Shown here: positions 1 to 8,428 of the stretch, one piece after another | Position numbering within the stretch: the stretch's first letter is position 1 | Layout: each line of letters begins with the position of its first letter | Source: a virus | Strand: one strand, 5' to 3' | DNA length: 41,315 nucleotides | Virus record (IMG/VR): IMGVR_UViG_3300045988_009996 | Span: 1 to 41,315 of that record | Position numbers and translations under genes: made by a program | The notes under the pieces: generated by a model | What the model was told of the DNA's origin: nothing | Seen by the model: the letters and a program-made list of their open reading frames with translations, nothing else | The model's database searches: none

Positions 1-119
1 CTTGCAATCATCGGGAAATCCTGCTGCCAATCCATGAGCTTAGGTCGCTTTTCATCCCGGCATTCTTCCTCGCCGCAATTTATAAAGGATATGCATTGCC
101 GCACCGCGTTCTCGTATTC
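1..119. repeat. Terminal direct repeat, copy A (identical to 41197..41315)
   Basis: Base-by-base comparison: cttgcaatcatcggg...ctcgtattc occurs at both ends of the window. Confidence 0.95.
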
Positions 120-299
120 CGTGTATGGGATATCCTCGTAATCCGGGTAAAACATTTCCATCACTGCCTCTGCCTTATCGGCGCTGTCCAGCTCCGAATC
201 AGAAAGCATTTCCAAAATGTCCAAAATGTCCCGGTAATCAGACCGAATGGCGTATTCCTTCCCGCCCAGCTCCACGGATTTTGGCAGGCTGTATCTCAT
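1..299 (-). CDS. Gp15-like tail assembly protein, 5' portion. The gene crosses the window junction; the full CDS is the complement of 40947..41315 joined to 120..299 (182 aa).
   Basis: Manual translation upstream of the GTG-called ORF gives MRYSLPKSVELGGKEYAIRSDYRDILDILEML... The ATG at 297..299 overlaps the stop of the upstream chaperone gene (ATGA). Position is just before the tape measure gene. Confidence 0.65.
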   Translation of the reverse strand, partial: MRYSLPKSVELGGKEYAIRSDYRDILDILEMLSDSELDSADKAEAVMEMFYPDYEDIPYTEYENAVRQCISFINCGEEECRDEKRPKLMDWQQDFPMIA

Positions 300-736
300 T
301 TGTGGTACTTCTTGGTGTACTTGCTAATGCGCGGGTTGGTAAGCTTCTGCTCCCGGGCATACGCAGTATCCATTTCGTCCACCAGCGCAAAAAGCAAATT
401 TGCCCAAATGGGGAATCCGTTGGCCAGCGCATAAAGATTCAGCTCACCAAAAAGCGGGGTGCAGATATCAAACCCGAATACTTCTCCGTTGATGATCTCC
501 CGCATTTCCCGGTCCATCTTTTGGCCAATGTCAAAAATTTCCTTTTTATCGGCGTTTTTTTGCACTTCGTCCTTATAACCCTCGTTCATTTTGTCGAGTT
601 TTTCAAACGCGGAAAAAAGCCGACGAGACAGGCCCATATCCAGCGGGTTAAACGCAAATTCACATTCTTTCCCGTCGGTAGTCACAAAAGTTTTAGTGAC
701 TACACCGGTATCAATTTTGATAATATTTTCGCTCAT
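296..736 (-). CDS. Tail assembly chaperone (146 aa)
   Basis: Starts MSENIIKIDTG with a GGAGGA RBS upstream. Lies between the major tail protein and the Gp15-like gene. Acidic small protein typical of chaperones. Confidence 0.6.
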   Translation of the reverse strand: MSENIIKIDTGVVTKTFVTTDGKECEFAFNPLDMGLSRRLFSAFEKLDKMNEGYKDEVQKNADKKEIFDIGQKMDREMREIINGEVFGFDICTPLFGELNLYALANGFPIWANLLFALVDEMDTAYAREQKLTNPRISKYTKKYHK

Positions 737-797
737 GGTGTCCTCCGATTTATTTGTATATTGCGTGGTAATGGGGCGGGAAACCCCGCCCCTATTT

Positions 798-1322
798 TTA
801 CTGTGCGGCAGTAAACTCGATCTTGCCGGCAGCGCCCTTCCCCACGGTTCCCAAAGTGCGGGTCCCGCCGTAGGTAATCTCACTGGCGATGTTTAGGGTA
901 CCGCCGCCTTCGCCGCCGATGGAGGTCACGGCAATGGCGCAGGAATCATAGCGCTCGGCAAACTTTGCATCGCCGCTGGTGGCGTAGAAGTGGCCGATCA
1001 TCATGTCCTGGTTGGCCAGCGCCTGCGCATCGTGGTCTTTTACGGCCAAATTCCACATCTTCACGGCTGCTGCATCACCAGCATCCAAGGGGATGGGGTC
1101 AAAGGTCTGTGTAATAACGGGCTTTTTCATGGTTGTGAATGTGTTCCCCAGCACATCCTGCTTGCTCTCCTGGCCCCAGTCCATTTCCTCGCTGCTGTCC
1201 TCCACCCGCTTGCCGATAGCACTCCACACAGGGGACTCGGAGGAGCCCGTATTCAGGTATGCGATCAAAAGTTCGCGGTCAATGGTCTGACCTTCCGGTG
1301 TTGTAAAAGTCAAATCTGGCAT
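798..1322 (-). CDS. Major tail protein
   Basis: 174 aa, position downstream of the head-tail joining genes. Sequence style (LIAYLNTG..., TFDPIPLD..., ITYGGTRT) matches siphovirus major tail proteins. Confidence 0.7.
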   Translation of the reverse strand: MPDLTFTTPEGQTIDRELLIAYLNTGSSESPVWSAIGKRVEDSSEEMDWGQESKQDVLGNTFTTMKKPVITQTFDPIPLDAGDAAAVKMWNLAVKDHDAQALANQDMMIGHFYATSGDAKFAERYDSCAIAVTSIGGEGGGTLNIASEITYGGTRTLGTVGKGAAGKIEFTAAQ

Positions 1323-1768
1323 TATGTATTCACCTCGTAATTCATTTTCATTAAGATTTGATGATCTTCGTCGCCGTTTTCATACACAGCGAACAAAGAA
1401 GATCGCGTAGTAGGCTCCAGGCTTACAACGCGTTTTCCGGTACCAATGTCGGGGCGCTTGCCGGTCGCCCAATCTCCGATAGCGTTTAACAGTTCGTCAG
1501 CCTTGAGCCGTTTGTCGTTGCTGTTCCCCGGCTTCACTCGGTAGATTATCTTGAACTGATACTCCGCCACATAACCGCCGGTGATATACCTCCGCACGAT
1601 GTACGCCGCCTGAATGGTGGACATCGCCATAGCGGAAGTATCTGCAGGAAGAAACTCAAAGCGTATAATGTCGACTGGCAACTCCGCGTATGTGTTCAGC
1701 CACACAAGTAGCTTGCGCGATACCTGATCTTCTTCCGCCGCCGACACGGCCTTTTTAATCTTTTCCAA
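1322..1768 (-). CDS. Head-tail joining or tail terminator protein (Minor_capsid_3-like)
   Basis: 148 aa. Third gene of the conserved connector trio upstream of the major tail gene. Overlaps its neighbours. Confidence 0.5.
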   Translation of the reverse strand: MEKIKKAVSAAEEDQVSRKLLVWLNTYAELPVDIIRFEFLPADTSAMAMSTIQAAYIVRRYITGGYVAEYQFKIIYRVKPGNSNDKRLKADELLNAIGDWATGKRPDIGTGKRVVSLEPTTRSSLFAVYENGDEDHQILMKMNYEVNT

Positions 1769-2174
1769 ATTTCTTCACCGCCTTATCTGCCACCCGCACC
1801 CACTTCTCCATGTTCTGCGCTTTGGAAGCCTCAAACCAATGGCTCTGTGCTTGCGGGTGCATCGCCTTGGAAAATACAAGGTCTCGGTTTGTCAAAACCT
1901 TCGTCCCGCCCTTTGGCGCAAAGGTGCTGCCGGTTTGCGGATCAACCATGACTTTGCCGTAGTACAAAAACCGCGCATAAGGCCCGGGGTAAATAATTTT
2001 GTTGCCGTCTAACCTCGTGCGTATTGTTAAAGATCCTGTAAGTGCAGGGACAAACGGTGCGGTGTCTTTTATGACCTGCTGCCCCATAATGCTTTCAGCG
2101 CGGGTGCAGCTCTCAGCCAGTTTGTCCTTGATGGCCTCCATGCCGCCAAAATGCATCGCAAAGGTAACGGCCAC
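1755..2174 (-). CDS. Head-tail joining protein (Minor_capsid_2 / HK97 gp10-like)
   Basis: Motifs DTAPFVPALTGSL ... PYARFLYYG ... HPQAQSHWFE are typical of this family. Confidence 0.6.
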   Translation of the reverse strand: MAVTFAMHFGGMEAIKDKLAESCTRAESIMGQQVIKDTAPFVPALTGSLTIRTRLDGNKIIYPGPYARFLYYGKVMVDPQTGSTFAPKGGTKVLTNRDLVFSKAMHPQAQSHWFEASKAQNMEKWVRVADKAVKKFGKD

Positions 2175-2624
2175 TTATTTCCCACCCACTTCCCAATGCT
2201 GCATATCTGCGCTGCCAAAGTCTTTTGCGTCAACCTTAGTCACATTCCAGCAATTATCGTGCGCCAATGCCACGCCCTCGTTGTCCGTTACAAATTCGCC
2301 TTTGACGAAAAATGTATCGCCACCATTGCCGGTGGTGGATAGCGTCCATAGGCCCGCCCTGTCGCTTGAGGCAAAAAATGCTTGCGGCTCTGTATATGTC
2401 TTGGGCTTTCCGCTAAATCCATCCACAGCTTTTACCGTAAATGGGATATACAGGTTTACTGCGTCGGCACCTTCAAGCCCGCTTTTGCGCACGTTAACTC
2501 CCTTTGCCGCCTCGCAGAACACGCCATCAAGCACGGTTACATATAGGTTTGTGACATCTTTTAGCGTGGCAGGGTCCGGTTCACGCACGATGTTGTAAAC
2601 CGTTACAGTGTGGGGAGTGTACAT
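2175..2624 (-). CDS. Head-tail joining protein (Minor_capsid_1-like)
   Basis: Start MYTPHTVTVYN is preceded by a GGAGGTGG RBS. Synteny with the connector genes. Confidence 0.5.
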   Translation of the reverse strand: MYTPHTVTVYNIVREPDPATLKDVTNLYVTVLDGVFCEAAKGVNVRKSGLEGADAVNLYIPFTVKAVDGFSGKPKTYTEPQAFFASSDRAGLWTLSTTGNGGDTFFVKGEFVTDNEGVALAHDNCWNVTKVDAKDFGSADMQHWEVGGK

Positions 2625-3037
2625 CTGCAACCACCTCCGCGATACAGCAGCCCTGTATGGGCAAGGTATTCCATGCACGTTTCCGCCAGCAATTTTCTTG
2701 CGCCGTCCGTGGCACTCAATGCAGCTGCGGCGCTTTCCCCGCCGCTGGCCAGTGTGCGAGAATACCCGCCTACCGTTTCACTTTTCACGTCACCGCCGGT
2801 AAGCGCATCCGTCAGCCTGGTTGCGGCAAGTTGCTGCGCGGTCTCGATCAACTGATACTTGTCCACCAATGCGCAGCAACACATCTTTACAGCGTCCATA
2901 TCAGCGTTGTCTTTCGCCCGGTTTTGGGTGTAGTAATCGAGGAAGGAGCTGGCCCGAACAGCCAGACGCGGAAAATCTTCCTCGCTCACAGAACCCATAT
3001 AGATTCCGGCGTAGTATGTATAATCAGCGTATGTCAT
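2603..3037 (-). CDS. gp6-like head-tail connector (DNA packaging) protein
   Basis: N-terminus MTYADYTYYAGIYMGSVSEEDFPRLAVRASSFLDYYT is typical of phage gp6-like connectors. Confidence 0.65.
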   Translation of the reverse strand: MTYADYTYYAGIYMGSVSEEDFPRLAVRASSFLDYYTQNRAKDNADMDAVKMCCCALVDKYQLIETAQQLAATRLTDALTGGDVKSETVGGYSRTLASGGESAAAALSATDGARKLLAETCMEYLAHTGLLYRGGGCRCTLPTL

Positions 3038-3042
3038 ACGGG

Positions 3043-3147
3043 TCAGCTCCCTTCCAATACTGCGATTATGTCAGCCTTGCGCATTGAACTGCTGACCCCG
3101 TCCACCCCGTTTCCCCTGGCATAATCAAGCAGTTGGGCTTTTGTCAT
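3043..3147 (-). CDS. Small Rho_N/SAP-like protein (34 aa)
   Basis: Manual translation MTKAQLLDYARGNGVDGVSSSMRKADIIAVLEGS. Too short for the ORF track. This type of ORF is commonly found right after capsid genes. Confidence 0.5.
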   Translation of the reverse strand: MTKAQLLDYARGNGVDGVSSSMRKADIIAVLEGS

Positions 3148-3194
3148 ATTGGAGAAAGAAGAAGTTTCAGGGTCAGGCTCACTCAGCAGTTCGC

Positions 3195-4067
3195 TTAGCC
3201 CCCCACTGCCGGAGTGATGGAGCCGACAACCACGCCGTCAATGCGCTCGGCAAACAGCACCATGCCGTTGATAACGGTATCGGATGCGGTCATGTTGGTG
3301 TAATCGGGTTCCTCATGGATACCGATATAACCGGTGGCGTCGGTGGTGAAGTTGAACACCTCGCCCAGATCTGCGCCGTTCACAGGGATGTAGTACAGGA
3401 CGATGTTGTCCTTGGCGGTGGCGTAAATCTTGCCCTTGGGGACGCTGGAGTTCAGAATCACAGTGCCCAGGCCGAGAAAGTTCTCGACATAGGTCATGCC
3501 GAAAGCGGTCTGCAGGGTGATGTTGGCAGTTGCGAGATAGTCCGCAACGTCCAGCGGGTTCATGAAATACACTGCGCCGATCTCGTCATCCTCGAACAGC
3601 ACCTGCAGCTGGCCCCATGCCTGAGCCAAGGTCGCCTGGAAGGTAGCACCGCTGGCCGTGCCAGTACCGGTTGCGAGGAAGCCAAAGAAATCCTTGCGGA
3701 TACCTTTCTGCACGTCCTTCAGCATTTCATCGGTGGTCATTTCGACGGCCTGATCGTAGCCGCGATCAGTGATTGCCTCGGCAGAAGTGGCCTTACGCCA
3801 CTTCTTCAAGGTGATCTCCTTGTAGTTCACAGCCTCGGTCTTGTACTTGCTCAGAGGGATGGTCTCGCCCTCGGCCACAGCACCGTCTTCCAGAGTGCCG
3901 GTAGCCTTGTAGCTCTTGAGCACAGTACCGGCCTGCTTGGCGATCTTGCGGGTAACGCCCAGAGCCTCCATCAACTTCTTGATGGAATAGCCGAACATTT
4001 CGGTAAACTCGATCTCGCGAACACGGGCAAGATCTTCCTTCTTAATCAGCTTAGGATCAACAGCCAT
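3195..4067 (-). CDS. Major capsid protein
   Basis: 290 aa directly downstream of the scaffold gene. Sequence style matches SPP1 gp13-like / HK97-fold capsid proteins. Confidence 0.85.
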   Translation of the reverse strand: MAVDPKLIKKEDLARVREIEFTEMFGYSIKKLMEALGVTRKIAKQAGTVLKSYKATGTLEDGAVAEGETIPLSKYKTEAVNYKEITLKKWRKATSAEAITDRGYDQAVEMTTDEMLKDVQKGIRKDFFGFLATGTGTASGATFQATLAQAWGQLQVLFEDDEIGAVYFMNPLDVADYLATANITLQTAFGMTYVENFLGLGTVILNSSVPKGKIYATAKDNIVLYYIPVNGADLGEVFNFTTDATGYIGIHEEPDYTNMTASDTVINGMVLFAERIDGVVVGSITPAVGG

Positions 4068-4069
4068 TT

Positions 4070-4663
4070 TTATTCTTCCTTTCTAAACAAATCCATATTT
4101 GCGGCGATTGCAGCGCGCCGCTCCGTTCTGTCGGTGATTTTCATAATCTCGTCCTTGGTCATAGGCTTGCCGCCCTCGTTGAGCCGTGCGCCCATGTCCA
4201 GCCGGACAGCAGGCTTAGAAACAAGGCTCTTATAGGTGCCGTCTACGAGAGCGTCAAGGCTCTTGGTGTCCTTGATCTTCTCGCCGTCCAGCTCCAAGGC
4301 AGACATTTCCTCGCCGCATCCGCGCATGGCAAGGTCGAGATTTGCGCCGGTGATGTTTTTGCTCTCAAAGTAAGCCCGGACGGCTTTTTCCTTTGCCGCC
4401 TTGCTCTCCTTTGCCGTGATGTCGGTCTTAAAGGCTTCAAAGGCCGAGTGTTCCTTCTCGTACTTCTCCTTATAACCGCCGTCACCTGCCGCCTTGAGGT
4501 CGTCCAACTGCTTCTGAACGCCGGGCAGCTTCTCCGCATCGTCCTTGTAGCGGGTCACATCCGCCTTTAGGCCGTCCACAGTGTCGGTATGCGCTTCGAT
4601 GATGGTATCTACCTGCTCATCGGTGAGACCCATACCCTTCAAAAGTTTGCGTGTAAGTGCCAT
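4070..4663 (-). CDS. Scaffolding protein (GP20-like)
   Basis: 197 aa, highly charged and coiled-coil like. N-terminus LKGMGLTDEQVDTIIEAHTDTVDGLK is typical. Precedes the capsid gene. Confidence 0.8.
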   Translation of the reverse strand: MALTRKLLKGMGLTDEQVDTIIEAHTDTVDGLKADVTRYKDDAEKLPGVQKQLDDLKAAGDGGYKEKYEKEHSAFEAFKTDITAKESKAAKEKAVRAYFESKNITGANLDLAMRGCGEEMSALELDGEKIKDTKSLDALVDGTYKSLVSKPAVRLDMGARLNEGGKPMTKDEIMKITDRTERRAAIAANMDLFRKEE

Positions 4664-4711
4664 GACACTATCTCCTTTTCTTTGGCCGCGTTTCTTCGCG
4701 GACGATAGTTT

Positions 4712-4789
4712 TTATAAAAACCGCTGTGCTTCGCGGGTTTTACTTAAAACAAAAGAGCCAACCACCGAGAATTCCTCAGCAGTTGGCTC
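4712..4789 (-). terminator. Tandem Rho-independent terminators between the head-morphogenesis operon and the scaffold gene
   Basis: On the minus strand, GAGCCAAC...GTTGGCTC is followed by TTTTGTTTT. A second hairpin CCGC...GCGG is followed by TTTTTAT. Confidence 0.6.
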
Positions 4790-4812
4790 CTATTGCCCTT
4801 TCCCGCGCCCAA

Positions 4813-4944
4813 TTACGCGGGAGTTGAATATTTGATTGTTTTCTTGACCTCTAACACAATGTATCCGTCACCCTTGCGCCGGATCTCCGCGTCATTTCCG
4901 CGCCGGATAATAGCCTCGATGGTCTGCATCAGTTTATCATCCAT
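4813..4944 (-). CDS. Small conserved phage protein (43 aa)
   Basis: Manual translation MDDKLMQTIEAIIRRGNDAEIRRKGDGYIVLEVKKTIKYSTPA. The ATG overlaps the upstream stop (TAATG). Confidence 0.45.
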   Translation of the reverse strand: MDDKLMQTIEAIIRRGNDAEIRRKGDGYIVLEVKKTIKYSTPA

Positions 4945-5243
4945 TAGCCTACCCCGATTTCTTTCAAATATGCTTCATACTCATAGGGGACTCCAATGTC
5001 ATAATTCTTGTAGTAATGCAGGAACTCATACGGGAAGGTGAATTTACCGTCCCAAAACATACCTGCGTGAAGTTCTTCTCCAGTAAACATATCAAAACTG
5101 GGCAGCGATGTCAGCCCGGCATCGAGGGAGGAAATGTGGCTTAAAATCGCTTCTTTTGGGATACTATTTTTGTATTTCTTATAGTCTTCAAAATTCTCAA
5201 TAGAATTCTTGTATGGCAATCCTTTAAAAAAACCGAAATCCAT
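4944..5243 (-). CDS. Small AT-rich ORF coupled to the MuF C-terminal domain; candidate immunity or partner protein (99 aa)
   Basis: Starts MDFGFFKGLPYKNS one nt after the MuF stop, with its RBS (GGAAGGAG) inside the last MuF codons. Clearly lower GC than the flanking sequence. C-terminal PYEFLHYY..VPYEYEAYLKE resembles SUKH-type immunity proteins. Confidence 0.55.
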   Translation of the reverse strand: MDFGFFKGLPYKNSIENFEDYKKYKNSIPKEAILSHISSLDAGLTSLPSFDMFTGEELHAGMFWDGKFTFPYEFLHYYKNYDIGVPYEYEAYLKEIGVG

Positions 5244-5244
5244 G

Positions 5245-6978
5245 TCACTTTCTCCTTCCTCTTTGATTTGGGGTAAACGGCAAAATATTTCCTTCCCCAT
5301 GTGTTCCTACTTTCAGTACGCCAGCACCGGAAATAAACAGCACATCGTCTGGGGCTTTCACTTCAACGCCAAGTGCATTTGCCAGCTCTTCTGCAAAGCA
5401 ATAATCGTTTTCCATGCGTGCGCCTGTGCTGCAAGATAGCAAACGAACTTTCTGGCCATTCCACCCTTTACTATGCCGAATGACTGCGGCAAGTAAGCGC
5501 GGTGACATATTGAGTTCTTTTGTGCCAAATCCGACTGCCGTCTGGCTTCCGTGCATAGCGACGTCAAAATACGTTTTAAGAGGTTTTACCCTTTTAACAT
5601 TTTCATTCAGCGGGTCACCGTCCGGGAAGCAAGCAAAGCCATTTTCCAGCTTCATTGTACGTCTTTTTACAATAGAATTCAAGTTATCTCTTGCGTCTGC
5701 GCCGAAAAACTCAAGAGTGTCTCTATCGTCTTTAGCGTTAGACGCTTCCACTTTTGCCCGATGCGTTTTCATGGCATTTGCCGTTTTTAACATTGCGTCA
5801 TCCGTAAAATAGATGCGCATCCGCTCCGGTTGCTCCGGCAGGCCAGCTTTCACGCTGAACGCCTTGTATTTAGCGTTTAACCGCCGTAGCCGTATGTTTA
5901 CCGCAGTCTCATCTTCATGCAATCCTGCGGCCTTGTAGGCGGCTTTTTCGCGCTTTAGCTTTCTAACCGTTCGTTCAATACGGCGCTGCATCTGGGTTGC
6001 CTCGTATGCCGTGTAATCCTTGCCATCAAATGTGCATCCGTGGTCATCATCGATGTGCTCCAACTGTTCATTCGTGTAAGTGCGCTCGGACACGCCCTCA
6101 ACCCACGGAAACCGCCTGTGGCGGCAGTTGGCCCCTTCCAGACCGTCAACAGCGCCCAGGCCGCAAACGTCGTAAATGCTCGGGTAAATGTCTCCTACAC
6201 GGACGCTGTAAACATGTCCTTGCCAATCCTTATGTGATGACCACGGTGACGGTCCCGGCTTATCTCGCGCGCCAATATGGGCCGATACTTCAAAATAGGG
6301 CGTATCCAGATATTCTGAGGATTGCTCCGTATACTTGGCGCAGATTTGAGATACGCCGGTCATTACGGCTCTTCGCACGGCAACATCGACATGATCCCGA
6401 TGGCCGCTTTCGTAGTCAACCACTTTCAGACCGCTGTCCGCAAGTTCCTTTACCGCCGTCTTGATGGCCTGATTGTAGTTGATTGCGCCGCTCTGCACCT
6501 GCATCGCCGCATTGTCAAGCGCCCATTGGTAAGCTTTGGCAGGGGGGAGCATCGTACGCCCTGCGTCCACCAAAAAGCCCATTGATTGTGTTATATTGCG
6601 CAAGTCCCGCTTTGTCTGCTGGTATATGGCCCAGGTGTCCTCGATGCTTACCAGCGTTTCCGGCTGAGTGATATGCGCAAGGTCAATAACGTTGGTGTAA
6701 TACTGCTGATTGCGTTCCACAACATCATCAAGCAGTTTGTTTAATTTCTGCTCACTAATGCCGGTTGCTTTTTGTATGGCCTTTTTAATCTTTTTAAGGT
6801 CAATGCCGTGCGCCCGCAGCGCCTTGATGTCCTGCACCGTTACCTCGTTCAGTTCATCCGCAACTTTCAACCGGGAGCAGATTTCATCCAGCAACACAAG
6901 CTCAAGCGCCCGGAACAGTTCTGCCAGCTCCTCTGGGAGCGCATCAAGTAGTTCCGGGGTAAATGGATACCGGCTCAT
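5245..6978 (-). CDS. MuF / SPP1 gp7-like minor head (head morphogenesis) protein with an extra C-terminal domain of about 150 aa
   Basis: MuF motifs HKDWQGHVYS and GANCRHRRFP. Follows the portal gene. The C-terminal extension carries VAMHGS ... VRLLSCSTG. Confidence 0.85.
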   Translation of the reverse strand: MSRYPFTPELLDALPEELAELFRALELVLLDEICSRLKVADELNEVTVQDIKALRAHGIDLKKIKKAIQKATGISEQKLNKLLDDVVERNQQYYTNVIDLAHITQPETLVSIEDTWAIYQQTKRDLRNITQSMGFLVDAGRTMLPPAKAYQWALDNAAMQVQSGAINYNQAIKTAVKELADSGLKVVDYESGHRDHVDVAVRRAVMTGVSQICAKYTEQSSEYLDTPYFEVSAHIGARDKPGPSPWSSHKDWQGHVYSVRVGDIYPSIYDVCGLGAVDGLEGANCRHRRFPWVEGVSERTYTNEQLEHIDDDHGCTFDGKDYTAYEATQMQRRIERTVRKLKREKAAYKAAGLHEDETAVNIRLRRLNAKYKAFSVKAGLPEQPERMRIYFTDDAMLKTANAMKTHRAKVEASNAKDDRDTLEFFGADARDNLNSIVKRRTMKLENGFACFPDGDPLNENVKRVKPLKTYFDVAMHGSQTAVGFGTKELNMSPRLLAAVIRHSKGWNGQKVRLLSCSTGARMENDYCFAEELANALGVEVKAPDDVLFISGAGVLKVGTHGEGNILPFTPNQRGRRK

Positions 6979-7020
6979 TTTTCACAACCCAAAAAGGCCC
7001 AGTGTTTTCTCCAAATCCCA

Positions 7021-8424
7021 TTACTCGACCTCCGTTTCTTCCTCGGTTACCATGTCATGTGCCTTCGGCAGCGCCGCCTTTGCGGTCGCCTCGTCCTCGT
7101 TCATCCAGCGCATACGGAACTCCCAATCGTTCATGATGCCAGCGTTAAGAAGCTGCACGTCACGGTTAAAGTCCTGGCCCTTGTCCTCAATGATGGAATC
7201 GTCAAAGTCAATGGAGATCTGGACGTCCTCATTGAGGGATGCACCCATGTACCGATTTCCCATGCGGAGCAAGCTCCGGCACAACTCTGTGATTGCCCGT
7301 TCAAGCACAATTTCATGTTTTTTGACCGTGCGGAACAGGGTGCTGTTCTCGCTGATGACCTGCGTGGCAGTTGCGATGCTGCCCTGGTTGAATTTGTAAT
7401 GGTTCTCACCAAAACCGCACTTGCTGGACAGGATGTTCAACATATCTTGCATGCCGGTGTTAAACTCCGCCGTCCGTAGCGACATATCGACCTGCTGCAA
7501 GATGTTGCCGTTGCCGCCTCTGTCCTCCGGAAGTACATAATAAACGGTCTCACGCTTATCAAACACTGGCCGACCGTCAATGCTCTGGGTTGCCTCCGGC
7601 TGCACCACAATGCGCTTCTTGCCCAACACAAATTCGTTCACATAGCTATCATAGGTGATGTCAACGCTCTTAAGCTGGTCGATGGCGTGGGCAAACGCAG
7701 CCACGCCAAGCGGGTTGTTTTCGTCAGAGTTTGCAATGTTCAGCCGGTCAATCACAAACTGCGGCTTGTCGCTTCCGGTATGAATCACCGGAGGAATTGT
7801 CTCAAACCCTTTCACGCTGGCCAGCGGTACTTCCTCCGCATCATACAGATGGTTCTCAATGTCATACTCGCCGTTGCGCAGCCGGTGCACCTGGATGTAA
7901 GTATATTCTGTGTCATCGACCTTCCGAGTGGATGCGAACGCACACTCGCGGATAACGCCGTTATCCCACGTCAGCGGGTAGATGTTCCAGGCGCTGACGT
8001 AGTTGATGCGAATGCGGCCAGAGTCAATGATTTCTGCTGTATCTGGGTTAATTCCCATGCCTTCCATCACCGGCACATACGCGACGGTTCCTACTGCCGC
8101 TTTGCGCTCCTGCGATTCGTTAGCCTTGACCTCCCAGTTGTTATCGGCAAAAACAGTATCGATAAATTCCTGTTCCCGTTTGCCTTCAAGCGTGATGTTG
8201 ACTCGCTCGTTCATTAAGAGGTTGGCCCAGTCCTCGCAGACTTTCTTTCCCATTCCCACCGAATACCGGTGGCACTCCAGCTCTTCAATTCCATTCCACA
8301 CCGTATAGCTGTGGAAATCTTCAACATTTCCCTTATACCATGCGTTCCAAAGGTCGATCATGGCATAGAATTTATTGTCGACCGTGTCAAACCCAAGATC
8401 CTTTAATGCTCTCCGAATATTCAC
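7021..8424 (-). CDS. Portal protein (SPP1 gp6-like)
   Basis: 467 aa, immediately downstream of the large terminase. Typical N-terminus and length. Confidence 0.9.
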   Translation of the reverse strand: MNIRRALKDLGFDTVDNKFYAMIDLWNAWYKGNVEDFHSYTVWNGIEELECHRYSVGMGKKVCEDWANLLMNERVNITLEGKREQEFIDTVFADNNWEVKANESQERKAAVGTVAYVPVMEGMGINPDTAEIIDSGRIRINYVSAWNIYPLTWDNGVIRECAFASTRKVDDTEYTYIQVHRLRNGEYDIENHLYDAEEVPLASVKGFETIPPVIHTGSDKPQFVIDRLNIANSDENNPLGVAAFAHAIDQLKSVDITYDSYVNEFVLGKKRIVVQPEATQSIDGRPVFDKRETVYYVLPEDRGGNGNILQQVDMSLRTAEFNTGMQDMLNILSSKCGFGENHYKFNQGSIATATQVISENSTLFRTVKKHEIVLERAITELCRSLLRMGNRYMGASLNEDVQISIDFDDSIIEDKGQDFNRDVQLLNAGIMNDWEFRMRWMNEDEATAKAALPKAHDMVTEEETEVE

Positions 8425-8428
8425 TATT

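Noticed and set aside
296-299. Possible programmed -1 frameshift between the two tail chaperone genes (gpG/gpGT style)
   Set aside because: The second ORF has its own ATG overlapping the first stop (ATGA), and I saw no slippery heptamer just upstream. Simple translational coupling explains the junction. A frameshift is not excluded without experimental data.
3141-4235. 364-aa plus-strand ORF antisense to the major capsid and scaffold genes
   Set aside because: It is a shadow ORF opposite a well-supported capsid gene in GC-rich DNA. It has no RBS and a low-complexity Ala/Gly/Leu/Val composition.
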